The notes beneath the pieces are model-generated. The model ran no database searches, was not told the origin of the DNA, and saw only the letters and a list, made by a program, of their open reading frames with translations. From Malacoraja senta (Eukaryota), in assembly GCA_038087875.1 (NCBI GenBank), contig CM075997.1:3660001-3724000 (forward strand): a stretch of DNA of 64,000 bases. Reading direction: 5' to 3'. Made by a program: the position numbers and the translations under genes. The first letter of the stretch is position 1. Each line of letters opens with the position of its first letter. Below are positions 39,935 to 54,220 of the stretch, in pieces.

Positions 39935-40840
39935 AAACATAGAAGGAGGCCATTCGGCTCTTCGAGCCAGCACCGACCGCCATTCATTGTGATCATGGCT
40001 GATCGTCCCCAATCAATAACCCGTGCCTGCCTAGAACTAGGGGACATAGTTGTAGAATAAGAGGGGGCTCTTTTAAAACTGAGATGAGGAAGAACTTCTT
40101 CACCCAGAGGGTGGTTAATTTATGGAATTCACTGCCCCAGGGAGCAGTGGAAGCAGAAACATTAAATATATTTAAGTCTAAAATAGATGGTTTTTTAGCT
40201 GCCAAGGGGATAAGGGGCTACGGGGAGAGGGCAGGGATATGGACCTAGGTATGGTTAGTATAGTAAGACCTGAGTGATCTCCTGGACAAGTGTCGATCGC
40301 CTGGATTGGGGTCGGAGAGGAATTTCCCGGATTTTTTTCCCGAATTGGACCTGGGTTTTTATCCGTTTTTTTGCCTCCCCCAGGAGATCACGCGGTTCTT
40401 GGGGTGGAGAGGGGTGATAGCGATATAAAGGGGAGGGTAGTGTCTTGTGTTCTGTGTCTTGTGTCTACTGTTTGTGGGTAAGGGTGTCTGTTTAGTGTTC
40501 AGCCATGAGCGAATGGCGGTGCGGGCTCGATGGGCCTGGTGGTCTACTCTCGCACCTACTTTCTATGTTTCTATGCCTTCTCCCCATATCCCTTGATTCC
40601 ACTAGCCCCTAGAGCTCTACCTAACTCTCTCTTAAATCCATCCAGTGATTTGGCCTCCACTGCCCTCTGTGGCAGGGAATTCCACAAATTCACAACTCTC
40701 TGGGTGAAAACGTTTTTTCTCACCTCAGTCTTAAATGGCCTCCCCTTTATTCTAAGACTGTGGCCCCTGGTTCTGGACTTGCCCAACATTGGGAACATTT
40801 TCCCTGCATCTCGCTTGTCCAGTCCTTTTATAATTTTATA
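39935..40840. mobile_element. Nested CR1s: a minus-strand CR1 3' end interrupted by a plus-strand CR1 of a different subfamily (40033-40573)
   Basis: Host cccgtgccTGCCT|...|TGCCTtctcccc resumes after the insert, which has a longer distinct 3' UTR. Confidence 0.8.
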
Positions 40841-40859
40841 ATTGACAGGAATTTCTGGG

Positions 40860-42937
40860 CATAATCCAGAAGACGCAGGATCATTTCATTCCAAAAAGGA
40901 AGAAAGATTCTAAGGGGAGTAGGAGGCAACCGTGGCTGACAAGAGAAGTTAGGGATAGAATAAAACTAAAAGAAAAGATGTATAACACAGCAAAGAGTAG
41001 CCGGAAGCCAGAGGATTGGGAAACTTTCATAGGACAACAGAAGGAAACAAAACGGGCAATACGGGCTGAAAAGATAAAGTACGAAGGGAAGCTGGCCAGG
41101 AATATAAAGAAGGACAGTAAATGCTTCTTTAGATATGTTAAGGGAAAAAGAGTAGCAAAGGCAAATGTGGGTCCCTTGAAGGCAGACACGGGTGAAATTA
41201 TTATGGGCAACAAGGAAATGGCAGAAGAGTTGAACAGGTACTTCTGATCTGTCTTCAATCTGTCTGAAGACAACAATCTCCCAGATGTACTGGAGGACAG
41301 AGGATCTAAGAGGGTAGAGGAACTGAAAGAAATTTTCATTAGGCGAGAAATAGTATTGGGTAGGCTAATGGGACTGAAGGATGATAAATCCACTGGGCCT
41401 GATGGTCTGCATCCCAGGGTCCTCAGGGAGGTGGCTCTAGAAATAGTGGACGCATTGGTGATCATTTTCCAATGTTCAATAGATTCAGGATCAGTTCCTG
41501 TGGATTGGAGGATAGCTAATATTATCCCACTTTTCAAGAAAGGAGCGAGAGAGAAAACGGGGAATTACAGACCAGTTAGCCTGACTTCGGAGGTGGGAAA
41601 GATGCTGGAGTCAATTATTAAAGAGGTAATAATGGGGCATTTGGATAGCAGTAAAAGGATTAGTCCAAGTCAACATGGATTTATGAAAGGGAAATCATGC
41701 TTGACTAATCTTCTGGAATTTTTTGAGGATGTGACAAGTAAAATGGATGAAGGGGTGCCAGGGGATGTAGTGTATCTAGACTTTCAGAAACCCTTTGATA
41801 AGGTCCCGCACGGGAGACTGGTGACTAAAATTAGAGCACATGGTATTGGGAGTAGGGTGTTGACATGGATAGAAAATTGGTTGGCAGACTGGAAGCAAAG
41901 AGTAGGAGTGAACGGGTCCTTTTCAGAATGGCAGGCAGTGGCGAGTGGAGTGCCGCAAGGCTCAGTGTTGGGGCCGCAACTGTTTACCATATATATTAAT
42001 GATTTGGAAGAGGGAATTAGGAGCAACACTAGCAGGTTTGCGGATGACACAAAGCTGGGTGGCAGTGTGAACTGTGAAGAGGATGTTAGAAGGTTGCAGG
42101 GTGACCTGGACAGGTTGAGTGAGTGGGCAGATGCGTGGCAGATGCAGTATAATATAGATAAATGTAAGGTTATCCACTTTGGCGGCAAAAACAAGGGGGC
42201 AGATTATTATCTCAATGGGGTTAGGTTAAGCAAGGGGGAGGTGCAGTGAGACCTGGGCGTCCTTGTACACTGAAAGTTGGCGTGCAGGTACAGCAGGCAG
42301 TGAAGAAAGCTAATGGAATGTTGGCCTTCATAACAAGAGGATTTCAGTATAGGAGTAGAGGTTCTTCTGCAGTTGTATAGGGCTCTGGTGAGACCACATC
42401 TGGAGTATTGTGTCCAGTTTTGGTCTCCTAATTTGAGGAAGGACATCCTTGTGATTGAGGCAGGGCAGGGTTCACGAGATTGATCCCTGGGATGGCGGGA
42501 CTGTCATATGAGGAAAGATTGAAAAGACTAGGCTTGTATTCACTGGAGTTTAGAAGGATGAGGGGGATGTTATAAAAGGACTGGACAAGCTAGATGCAGG
42601 AAAAATGTTCCCAATGTTGGGCGAGTCCAGAACCAGGGGCCACAGTCTTAGAATAAAGGGGAGGTCATTTAAGACTGAGGTGAGAAAAACCTTTTCCACC
42701 CAGAGAGTTGTGAATTTGTGGAATTCCCTGCCACAGAGGGCAGTGGAGGCCAAATCACTGGATGGATTTAAGAGAGAGTTAGATAGAGCTCTAGGGGCTA
42801 GTGGAATCAAGGGATATGGGGAGAAGGCAGGCACGGGTTATTGATTGGGGACGATCAGCCATGGTCACAATGAATGGCGGTGCTGGCTCGAAGGGACGAA
42901 TGGCCTCCTCCTGCACCTATTTTCTATATGTTTCTAT
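40860..42937 (+). mobile_element. Longest CR1 (HER1-like) LINE copy, 5'-truncated, with inactivated reverse transcriptase
   Basis: GPDGLHPRVLRE, NYRPVSLTS, QHGFMKGKSCLTNL, VYLDFQK, GVPQGSVLGP and FADDTKL motifs, with in-frame stops and deletions. Confidence 0.95.
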
Positions 42938-43939
42938 AAGGTTTGCAGGTTAATTGGCTTGCATAATTGGCTTGATAAAAATGTACAATTGTCCAAGTTG
43001 GCGATATGCAGAGTACTGCCCTGCCGACTACAAAATTCAGAAGTGCCCGAAGTCAGGATCGAACCCGGGTCTCTGGCGCTGTGAGGCAGCAACTCTGCGC
43101 CTTATTGTGAGACATGAATGTCAGGAATTGTGTGCGTGGATGCAGATGAAAGCAGACCACTGGGTTCTTTCTGTTTGCAGAGAAATATTCGGAGTCCTAA
43201 CGTCCTGCCCCTGTGGATGCTTAGAGTTGGGATCGGCAAAGCAAATCAAAAAATAATTAGGACTCAGATACTTCCTACTATTCAGCCCGTGTTGGAGAGC
43301 TCACCAGCTTCTTGCCCTGGGCTATTCTTTCTCGATGTTAGTGTGGGTTTTCCCTGCTGTGTTTCTCTGGCTCACTATCACACGTTCCCACATCTCTGGC
43401 AAAGGGAGAGAAAAAGCAACTTGATTGCAGAATTCAGAGACTCATTATTTTCTGGACGCCATCCTTTGTGCTGGCGGTGGTTCTCGGTACTCGGGTGCCA
43501 GCTGTGGGGCAGTGTGGATGGGGCGTCTGATCCTCTGGCTTCGAGGGTTCAAATCCCGCTCAGGAACCTGTTTTATTTTTGACACCAAAAATAATTGATT
43601 CACCCATTTACAATAATATGTACATAGAAACATAGAAACATAGAAAATAGGTGCAGGAGGCCATTCGGCCCTTCGAGCCAGCACCGCCATTCATTGTGAT
43701 CATGGCTGATCGTCCCCAATCAATAACCCGTGCCTGCCTTCTCCCCATATCCCTTGACTCCACTAGCCCCTAGAGCTCTATCTAACTCTCTCTTAAATCC
43801 ATCCAGTGACTTGGCCTCCACTGCCCTCTGTGGCAGGGAATTCCATAAATTCACAACTCTCTGGGTGAACTTTTTTTTTTTTTTACAGATCAAAAACAAA
43901 CAAACCCACAGCACCACAATACAAGCAAAACAGATATAC

Positions 43940-44910
43940 TAAATAATAATAATAATAATAATAGATTTTATTTTAAGGGCGCCTATACAAAAGTCTCTAG
44001 GACCCCTTACAATTTAACAAAGAAACATATAAACATATAATCAGAGTAAAATAAGTTATAAAGACATCACAAATACATAAATTAAAAACAGAAATTTGAT
44101 CCAAAGAAGACAACAACAAAATTCAGAAAACACAATATGAAGGGAGAGCAGCGGCAGCCAAACCGCGCCAGCGTACACTCTCCCTTCCGACCGCCATGTT
44201 GGACATGGACTAACACAGACTAACACAGACACTTAACACTACACACAAAATCATCCCCCCACAATGGTTACCACTGTGGGGGAAGGCACAATGTCCAGTC
44301 CCAAACCCAGTTCTCCCCAGAGTCAGGCCCATCGAGGCCGCCACAGTTGCCTCTACGGAGGCCCGATGTTCCTGGCCGTCGGGAGAGTCCTCGCAGCGGC
44401 TGGAACGTCCGGTTTCCCAGCGGAGTCCATGGCACCTGAAGCCGACAGGGCCGCGCCGATTTGGAGCCACGAGGTTAAAGTCGGCGCCCCCGCCCGCAGC
44501 TGGTCGCTCCGCAGACCGGCAGCCCGGAGGTGTTGATCTCGGCGGTCAACGCATACCGTAGCTCCAGCGCGTCGATCCAGCGCGGCGACCCAGGCAAGGC
44601 ATCGCCCGCTACGCTCCACGATAGCGCTCCAGCGCTGTGCCGCCACCGAAGCTGAAGGTGCTGGGCGGTCCCCGTCAGGAAACGGCGCTCCATGCCCGCT
44701 GGTAGGCCGCGAGGACGGGTCGACGGGGCAGCCCGGAGAAAAAGCTGCCTCACCGATCAGGTAGGGACCTAGGATATAATTACCCCATTCACCCTACACT
44801 TAAAAGTAGAATGTTCCCACACACTGGACAATGGACACACTAAAACTATTAAAAAAAGGTGATTTAAACGGACGGCTGCTAGTTAGCAGCCGTTCCTCCA
44901 ACATGGATCC
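43940..44910 (-). mobile_element. CpG-rich non-autonomous retroelement with (TAT)n tail
   Basis: GC-rich body, ttgtgccttcccccacagtg hairpin motif, minus-strand AATAAA plus (tat)n. Confidence 0.55.
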
Positions 44911-45054
44911 ACCTAATAAATAAACTATTATACAACTCTATCACCGTCCTCTATTATTAAGAGCCGAAGCTATTGTTGAAAGCGATGGTTATATGTTTAT
45001 ATGTTTCTTTGTTAAATTGTAAGGTGTCCTAGAGACTTCTGTATAGGCGCCCTT

Positions 45055-45720
45055 CAAATTCCTGGGCGTGCACATCTCTGAAGATCTTTCCTGGTCCGAG
45101 AACAATGATGCCATTATTAAGAAAGCACATCAGCGCCTCTACTTCCTGAGAAGATTACGGAGAGTCGGTTTGTCAAGGAGGACTCTCTCTAACTTCTACA
45201 GGTGCACAGTAGAGAGCATGCTGACCGGTTGCATCGTGGCTTGGTTCGGCAACTTGAGCGCCCTGGAGAGGAAAAGACTACAAAAAGTAGTAAACACTGC
45301 CCAGTCCATCATCGGCTCTGACCTCCCTTCCATCGAGGGGATCTACCACAGTCGCTGCCTCAAAAAGGCTGGCAGCATCATCAAGGACCCACACCATCCC
45401 ATCCTGGCCACACACTCATCTCCCTACTACCTTCAGGTAGAAGGTACAGGAGCCTGAAGACTGCAACGACCAGGTTCAGGAATAGCTACTTCCCCACAGC
45501 CATCAGGCTATTAAACCTGGCTCGGACATAACACTGAACTTTACTAGCCAATACTGTTATTTGCACTTTATCAGTATATTGACCATTGTGTATATATTTA
45601 TAGAATGCCTTGTAGTAAATGCCTACTATGTTCTGTTGTGCTGAAGCAAAGCAAGAATTTCATTGTCCTACCAGGGACACATGACAATAAACTCACTTGA
45701 CTTGACTTGACTTGACTTGG
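45055..45720 (+). mobile_element. Rex1/Babar-type LINE 3' fragment
   Basis: FLGVHISEDLSW..KKAHQRLYFLRRL..FYRCTVESMLTGCIVAWFGN and (cttga)n tail. Confidence 0.88.
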
Positions 45721-48146
45721 TGAATTTGATCATCGATGCCGACCATCATTGGGGAGCGGCTCCCCAGATGTGGGAAGGAGCTCATGTTTTTCAGGGTCTT
45801 ATCTATCAGGTCCCACAAACCTATCCCCTTTCTCCAGAGATGCTTCCCTGACTAGCTGAGTTACTCCATCTTTTATGTGTCAAGTCAAGTCAAGTTTATT
45901 CGTCGCATACACATACGAGGTGTGCGGTGAAATTAAAAGTGCGACGCTTGCAGACTGTGCAAAAAAAATCGACAAAACAGAATGGAACAGAATCACATAT
46001 TCACATATCTATCTTGGGTTTAAACCAGCATCTGCAGTTCCTTCCTACACAAAGGATATTTATTGTCCATTGGAGGGGAGAGGGGGGTAGTATCTATTGG
46101 GGGGGGGGGGGGTTGGGGGAGAAGTGTGCTGCATAGTGAAAGAATGGACCCGTTGTTGAGGACACCACGGGAGTGGAGTGGAGAGACATTGAGTGATACA
46201 GGCCCTTCGGCCAAACCTTCCAACACCGACCAACATGCCCCATCTACACTAGTCCCGCCAGCCTGCATTTGGCCCATATCCCTCTAAACCTGTCCTATCT
46301 ATGTACCTGTTTAACTGTTTCTTAAACGTTGCAATAGTCCCAGCCTCAACTACCACCTCTGGCAGCTCATTCCATACACCCACCACCCTTTATGTGAAAA
46401 AGTTGCCCCTCAGGTTCCTATTAAATATTTTCCCTCTCACCTCAAACCTAAATCCCCCTGGTTCCTGATTCACCTACTCTGGGTAAATCAAGCCTCTGCC
46501 TCACAGTGCCAGAGACCCCGGTTCTACCCTGACCTCGGGTGCTGTCAGTATGCACGTTCTCCCTGTGACCACGTGGGTTTTCTCCTGGCGATCCGGTTTT
46601 CTCCCAATCACAAATTTGCGCGTGTTTGTAGGTTGATTGGCTTCGATAAAATTGTCCCTAGTGTGTGTAGGACAGTGTTGGTGTTGGTGAGATCGTTGGT
46701 CTGCACGGACACGGTGGGCCGAAGGGCCTGTTTCTGCACTGACTCTCTAAAGTTAAAGTAAAGATATTTAGCCTGAACTCAGCGAGCCAAGGACTTATTC
46801 TCATGAGAAATCTTTCAAATCCATCCAATTCAATTAAAGACTAATCCCGTTATCACAGAGGAATTAGGTGACAACTTTGGACATCTCTGGTTGTCCCATA
46901 TCTAACTGTGCCTTGCATTTATCTTATTACAAAGCCCTTCACAAGTTAACTTAATAAAAATCAGGCACTGGCTTCCAAACAAAGACCATTGTTTACGTAT
47001 CCATCTATTTTAATTGTCTACATTCATCTTCAGAACATGCAGGGGCTTGTTGCAGCTTTGCTCACTGATACACGCAAGCCAAGGCACTGATTTTAGCAAA
47101 AAAAACATGAGTTCCTCATGAACTGATGAAACATACAGTAAGTGCTGAGATTCTCTCACAGATGCTGCCTGACCTCCAGCAGGTGGTATTTTGCTCCATA
47201 TCCCATCAACTATTGGCGTGAGAATGCAGAAAGCATGATTAACAAATGTAGGAAGGAACTGCAGAAGCTAAGTCATATGGTAATTGCTCAGATACTAGCT
47301 TCTGCAAAAAAATCATGTTGATAAATTTATGAGTTACAGGAGCAGAATTAGGCCATTCGGGGCCCATTAAATCTACTCCGCCATTCTATCATGGCTGATC
47401 TATCTTTCCCTCTCATTCCTTTGCCTTCTCCTCATAGAAGCCCACGCCGATCATAGAAACATAGAAAATAGGTGCAGGAGGAGGCCATTCGGCCCTTCAA
47501 GCCAGCACCGCCATTCATTGCGATCATGGCTGATCTTCCCCAATCAATAACCCATGCCTGCCTTCTCCCCATATCCCTTGATCATCGATCACCCATTCAT
47601 AACAGTTCTATGTTAGTTCCATGTTATCCCACTTTCCCATCCACTACATACACACTAGGGGTGATTTACAGAGGGCCAATTAACCGACAAAGGCGCACGT
47701 CTTTGGGATGTGGGAGGAAACTGGAGCACCCGGAGGAAACCCACGTGGTCACAGGGAGAACGTACAAACTCGACACAGACAGCACCCAAGGCCAGAATTG
47801 AACCCATGTCTCTGGCGCTGTGAGACTGCAGCTCTACCAGCTACGCCACCGTGCCATCCATTCTCTGGTCTTAGTTGTTGTAGTTTAGCCCAAGTGCTCC
47901 AGCCAATATTCTGACTGGAGATCATTATCAACAACTCCACTCTGTCCTCAACCTTAAAGCACAAAGATCAGCAATGGGAGAGACTGCTGGAAACTGGCTC
48001 AAAAACTGCTGGAGAAACTCAGGGAAGGAAATGGACAGACGGCATTTCGGGTCGAGACCGGTCTTCAGAGTGACTGGGTAGAGGGGACAACACAGCAGTG
48101 TGAAAACAAAGTGGTGACACCACCCTGGAATGAGTAGGTTAACCTA

Positions 48147-48808
48147 TGATAGCAAACGGATTTGAGTATAGGAGCAGGGAGGTTCTACTGCAGTTGTACA
48201 GGGTCTTGGTGAGACCACACCTGGAGTATTGCGTACAGTTTTGGTCTCCTAATCTGAGGAAAGACATTCTTGCCATAGAGGGAGTGCAGAGAAGGTTCAC
48301 CAGACTGATTCCTGGGATGGCAGGACTTTCATATGAAGAAAGACTGGATAGACTCGGCTTGTACTCGCTGGAATTTAGAAGATTGAGGGGGATCTTATAG
48401 AAACTTACAAAATTCTTAAGGGGTTGGACAGGCTAGATGCAGGAAGATTGTTCCCGATGTTGGGGAAGTCCAGAACAAGGGGTCACAGTTTAAGGATAAG
48501 GGGGAAATCTTTTAGGACCGAGATGAAAAAAACATTTTTCACACAGAGAGTGGTGAATCTCTGGAATTCTCTGGCACAGAATGTAGTTGAGGCCAGTTCA
48601 TTGGCTTTATTTAAGAGGGAGTTAGATGTGGCCCTTGTGGCTAAAGGGATCAGGGGGTATGGAGAGGGATGGGATGGGATACTGAGTTGGATGATCAGCC
48701 ATGATCATATCGAATGGCGGTGCAGGCTCGAAGGGCCGAATGGCCTACTCCTGCACCTATTGTCTATGTTTCTATGTTTCTATGTTTCTATGTTTCTATG
48801 TTTCTATG
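48147..48808 (+). mobile_element. CR1 LINE 3' fragment
   Basis: CR1 peptides and (ctatgttt)n tail. Confidence 0.9.
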
Positions 48809-49025
48809 ATGAGCGTTTGTCGGCACTTATCTCACCAGGGACTCATTTATTGTACTAATTTACTGTTGTGGTGTGTCTTTTTAAATTTGTTTTTCTAACA
48901 TGTAAATACTGATTCTGTTCCATTCTGTTCTGTAGTTTTTTACACTATCCGCAGGCATTGCCACTTTCATTTCACTGCACATCTTGTATGTGTATGTGAC
49001 AAATAAAGTTGACTTGACTTGACTT

Positions 49026-49460
49026 GGGCCTGTACTCGCTGGAGTTTAGAAGAATGAGGGGGGACCTCATTGAAACATACAGAATAGTGAAAGGCTTGGA
49101 TAGAGTGGATGTGGAGAGGATGTTTCCCCTTAGTGGGAGAGTCTGGGACTAGAGGGCATAGCCCCAGAATTAAAGGATGTTGTTTTAGGAAGGAGATGAG
49201 GAGAAATTTCTTTAGTCAGAGGGTGGTGAATCTGTGGAATTCTTTGCCACAGAAGGCTGTGGAGGGCAAGTCAGTGGATATTTTTAAGGCAGAGATATAA
49301 TAGATAGATTCTTGATTAGTACGGATGTCAGAGATTATGGGGAGAAGGCAGGAGAATGGGGTTAGGAGGGAGAGATAGATCAGCCATGATTGAATGGCGG
49401 AGTAGACTTGATGGGCCAAATGGCTTAATTCTACTCCAATTCCTTATGACCTTATGACAT
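49026..49460 (+). mobile_element. CR1 LINE 3' fragment, (cttatgac)n-tail subfamily
   Basis: CR1 peptides with a distinct 3' UTR and tail. Confidence 0.85.
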
Positions 49461-49829
49461 TGTAAATAAAGTCATAGTCAAATGGAATGGAATCAGCCCC
49501 TTCAGCACAACTTGCCCATGCCATCCACGATGCCCCATCTGTACCAGTCCCACTTGCCAGAATTTGGCCCCTATCCCTCTAAATCGTTCCTATCCATGTA
49601 CCTGTCCAATTGTCTTTTAAATGTTGTTATAGTCCCTTCCTCATCTACCTCCTCCAGCAGCTCGTCCCATATACCCACCACCCTTTGTGTGAAAAAGTTG
49701 CCTCACAGGTTCCTACTAAACCTATGTCCCCTGGTTCTTGATTCCCCTACTCTGGGTAAAAGACTCTGTGCAATCACCCTATTTATTTGGCATGAGAATG
49801 CAGAAGGCATGATTAGCAAATGTAGATAG

Positions 49830-50427
49830 GAAGGGTCTCCGGTGTCGTTGGGCCTAACATCATGGAGCCGGTGACAGCCTCCAACCAGAACCAACTTGAG
49901 GGCTCGCCATCGCGGGGCTGGCCGACTTTGGTGCGGGAGGAGCTGTGGTGGCGCGCGGCTGTGACCCGACTTTGGAGTTTCGGAGGCTCCGGCCGCAAGC
50001 CCGGTGGACGGTAACATCAGGAGCTCCAGGTCCCTTTTGGGAGACCGCTTTTCGGAGCTCCCGCAACGGCAACTTCTCCCGCTGGAATCGCGGGGTTTAA
50101 AGGACTTGGAGCGGGGCCTAACATCGCCCTGCGCGGCTTAAACGGCCGCGGGACTTACCATCCCCCGCCGGGGGCTTTAACATCGGGAGCCCCAGTTCGC
50201 CTCGACGCTGCAGTTGGACTGCTGGACTGCGGGAGAAGAACAAAGGAAAGAGATAAGACGTTTGCCTTCCATCACAGTGAGGAGGTGTTGGAGATTCACT
50301 GTGATGGATGTTTGTGTAAATTGTGTTAAGTGTGGGTCTTGGGTTATTTTGTAATGTTAAGACTGTAGAAATGCAATTTCGTTCAAACCAAGCTGCTTGA
50401 ATGACAATAAAAGGCATTCCATTCTAT
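49830..50427 (+). mobile_element. CpG-rich non-autonomous retroelement, second copy of 4545-5236
   Basis: Colinear high similarity to ~4603-5220. Confidence 0.7.
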
Positions 50428-50454
50428 TCCCCTCATGGACTTATACACTATAAT

Positions 50455-50885
50455 ATCACCCTTCATCCTACTATGTTTGAAGGAATAAAGTCCCAAACCT
50501 GCCCAACCTCTCCCTTTAGCTCTAACCCTCAAGTCCTGGCAACATCCTTATGAACGTTCTCTGAACTCTTTCCAGTTTAGCAATATCCTTCCTATAGCTT
50601 TGTGTCCAAAACTGAACACAATACTCCAAATGCTGCCTCACCAATATCTCACACAACTGTAACATTCTATACTCAATACGCTGACTGATGAAGGCCAATG
50701 TATCGAAAGCCTTATTGACCACTCTATCTACCTGTGTGACACCACGTTCAACAAACTACGCACCTGCACTCCTAGTTCCCTCTGCTCTACACCATTTCCC
50801 AGAGCCCTGCATTCACTGTGAAGGTCGTGCCCTGGTTTGACTTCGAAAAATGCAACACCTCAAACGTATCTGTATTAAACTCCAT
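50455..50885 (-). mobile_element. Older CR1 LINE fragment
   Basis: [26 protein letters not shown] on the minus strand. Confidence 0.8.
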
Positions 50886-52777
50886 TAGAAACATAGAAAA
50901 TAGGTGCATGAGTAGGCCATTCGGCCCTTAGAGCCAGCACCACCATTCAAGATGATCATGGCTGATCATCCAGAATCAGTACCCCGCTCCTGCTTTTCCC
51001 CCATATTCCTAGATTCCGTTAGCCCTAACTCTCTCTTGAAAACGTCCAGTGAATTGGCCTCCACTGTCTTCTGTGGCAGAGAATTCCACTGATTCACAAC
51101 ACTCTGGGTGAAAAACTTCCATCCTTCAGCCCACTTGCCCAGCTGATCAAGACTCTGCTGTAATTTTTAAAGTCACTTACTACAATACTGCCGGCTTTAA
51201 CTGCAAACTTAGTAATCTTAGACGCAAAATGCTGGAGTAACTCAATGGGACAGGCAGCATCTCTGGAGAAAAGGAATGGGTGACGTTTTGGGTCGAGACC
51301 CTTCTTCAGACCCAAGATAGCCACAAAATGCTGGGGTAACTCAATGGTACAGGCAGCAACTCTGGAGAGAAGGACAAGGAGCCATTTCTTCTATCGAGAG
51401 ATGCTGCCTGTCCTGCTTGGTTACTCCAGCTTTTTGTATCTATCTTTGTTGTAAACCAGCATCTGCAGTTCTTTCCCACACATGAAGTCTGAGGAAGGGT
51501 CCCGACCCAAAACATCACCTCTTCCTTTTCTCCAGAGATGCTGCCTGACTTGCTGAGTTACTCCAGCATTTTGTGTCCATCTTCTGCAATGGCCATACAG
51601 CAAAATAGGCCTAATTCTGCTCCTATAATTTATGAAAGTACGGACTCTGAGGGCAGAAGGGCCTGTTTCCATGCTCTATCTTTCAATCAATTGAATTAAT
51701 CAAAAAACTCATGGTGTAGGTGGAGCCCTGCATTTCTTCCTTTGAATAGACAATCCATGTAGTCACCCCCATCCCCCCCTCCCCCTCCCCCCTCCCCCAC
51801 CTCCCCCGTTCCTTCTTCACAGCCTCGTAGAAATAGGATTAATTTGTTATTTTTATGATTTCACTTTTAATAACAATGGCTTCTGCTTCTGCACTTCCTG
51901 CAAAGTAATAGAAAGAGGTGAGTTAGTGGAAGGAGCTTGAAAGCCAGCCAAGCTGAGCTCAGCTGGATGAGAGGGGGTGAGGGAAGTTCAGGTTTCTCCC
52001 TTTGTTTTTGGACTGAAGCAAATGCTGAAAATAACCGGCCAAAGGCACGTCAATGAACTTCCAAAAACCCGGCAAAGTCTGAAACCCTGTCGCAGACCAG
52101 TTGCCTGTCCCTTTTTATACAACCTTCCTTCACCAGAGGCACGAGGACACAGGACTGAAGGCAGGGTTGATCTTTATATAAGAGTACTCACATTTTAACT
52201 GAAGGTAGACAAAAATGCTGGAGAAACTCAGCGGATGAGGAGCGAAGGAATAGGCGACGTTTCGGGTCGAGACTCTTCTTCAGACACAAAATGCTGGAGT
52301 AACTCAGCGGTTCAGGCAGCATATCTGGAGAAAAGTCTGAAGAAGGGTCTCGATCCGAAACGTCGCCTATTTCTTCGCTCCATAGATGCTGCCTCACTCG
52401 CTGAGTTTCTCCAGCATTTTTGTCTACCTTTGATTTTAACAGCATCTGCAGTTCTTTCTTAAACAGATTTTAACTGGGTTGTTTTTGAGTCGGGGAGGGT
52501 TATGTTCAATTCCCACTCAACAATTCTATCTTTTTTTCCTTGAGAAACACAAACCAGCGACCCCCTTCCCCTCCCTTAACCCTACAATCTTAACACAATC
52601 TCCCTTAACACAAACCAAAACGAAACGAATAACTGCAGATGCTGGATGGTCTCATCACTGTCACGTTTGGCAGGTACAGTGAAATACATTATTTGCATTG
52701 CTTTAGTCAAAAGGTGTTGAATCTGTGGAATTCTTTGCCACAGAAGGCTGTGGAGGCCAAGTCAATGGATATTTTTA

Positions 52778-53165
52778 TTTTTTTTATTTTTATTTTATTA
52801 GAAGTACACTTGTATACAATCATATTTTCATAATACCTTTCGTGTACAGCTTCTTATTTTAAAATTTTTTTGAAATAAAGAAGAAAAAGAAAAAAGTTAG
52901 ATAATGAAAAATAGAAAAATGTGAGATATATAGTGTGTGAAAAAGAAAAATAAAGAATGAAATAAGAAAGTTGAGACATAGAAAATAGAAGAGAGAGAAT
53001 AAAAGAAAAGATGAGAAGAAAAGAAAATAGAAGGAGATCATTTATAATCTTGACCATCCGCAGTCACGGATTAGCTTTTACACCTGTTTTGCACCATATG
53101 TTTCCAAAAAGGCGACAAATGGAGACCAACTCGTTATGAATTGGTCAAATTTATCTATTAGGAGG
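52778..53165 (-). mobile_element. L1-type LINE 3' end inserted in a CR1 remnant
   Basis: Minus strand reads IDKFDQFITSWSPFVAFLETYGAKQV*, then a T-rich UTR and A-rich tail; 18-bp TSD AGTCAATGGATATTTTTA. Confidence 0.8.
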
Positions 53166-53616
53166 AGTCAATGGATATTTTTAAGGCAGAGATAGATAGA
53201 TTCTTGATTAGTGCGGGTGTCAGGGGTTATGGGGAGAAGGCAGGAGAATGGGGTTCGGAGGGAGAGATAGATCAGTCATGATTGAATGGCGGAGTAGACT
53301 TGATGGGCCGAATGGCCTAATTCTACTCCTATTCCTTAGACCTTATGACCAACCCTGGCAGTGTATTCCAGGCACCCACCACCCTCTGTGTAAAAAAAAT
53401 AACTAGGCCACACATTTCTCCTTTAAACAACACTCTCTCATCCGACAGAGAATTAACATATGTGATTGATTAACTGATCAAAGGTAAATTGGGACACAAG
53501 GAACTGCAGATGCTGGAATCTTGAGAAAAACACAAAGTGCTGGAGGAACTTAACGGGTCTGGCAGCATCTATGGAGGGAATGGATAGACCAAATTTTGAA
53601 TTACTTTTTTGGCGGG

Positions 53617-54220
53617 ACATAGAAACATAGAAAATAGGTGCAGGAGTAGGCCATTCGGCCCTTATGATCATGGCTGATCATCCAACTCAGTATCCCGTAC
53701 CTGCCTTCTTTCCATACCCCCTGATCCCTTTAGCCACAAGGGCCACATCTAACTCCCTCTTAAATATAGCCAATGAACTGGCCTCAACTACCTTCTGTGG
53801 CAGAGAATTCCACAGATTCACCACTCTCTGTGTGAAATTTTTTTTCTCATCTTGGTCCTAAAAGATTTCCCCTTTATCCTTAAACTGTGACCCCTTGTCC
53901 TGGACTTCCCCAACATCGGGAACAATCTTCCTGCATCTAGCCTGTCCAACCCCTTAAGAATTTTGTACGTTTCTATAAGATCCCCCCTCAATCTTCTAAC
54001 TTCTAGCGAGTACAAGCCGAGTCTTTCCAGTCTTTCTTCATATGAAAGTCCTGACCTCCCAGGAATCAGTCTGGTGAACCTTCTCTGTACTCCCTCTATG
54101 GCAAGAATGTCTTTCCTCAGATTTGGAGACAAAACTGTACGCAATACTCCAGGTGTGGTCTCACCAAGACCTGTACAACTGCAGTAGAACCTCCCTGCTC
54201 CTATACTCAAATCCTTTTGC
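53617..54220 (-). mobile_element. CR1 LINE 3' fragment
   Basis: Minus-strand CR1 peptides and tail. Confidence 0.9.

Noticed and set aside
41356..42249. 297-aa reverse transcriptase ORF as a host or retron-like gene
   Set aside because: It is part of a truncated CR1 LINE, with stops on both sides and a CR1 3' tail.
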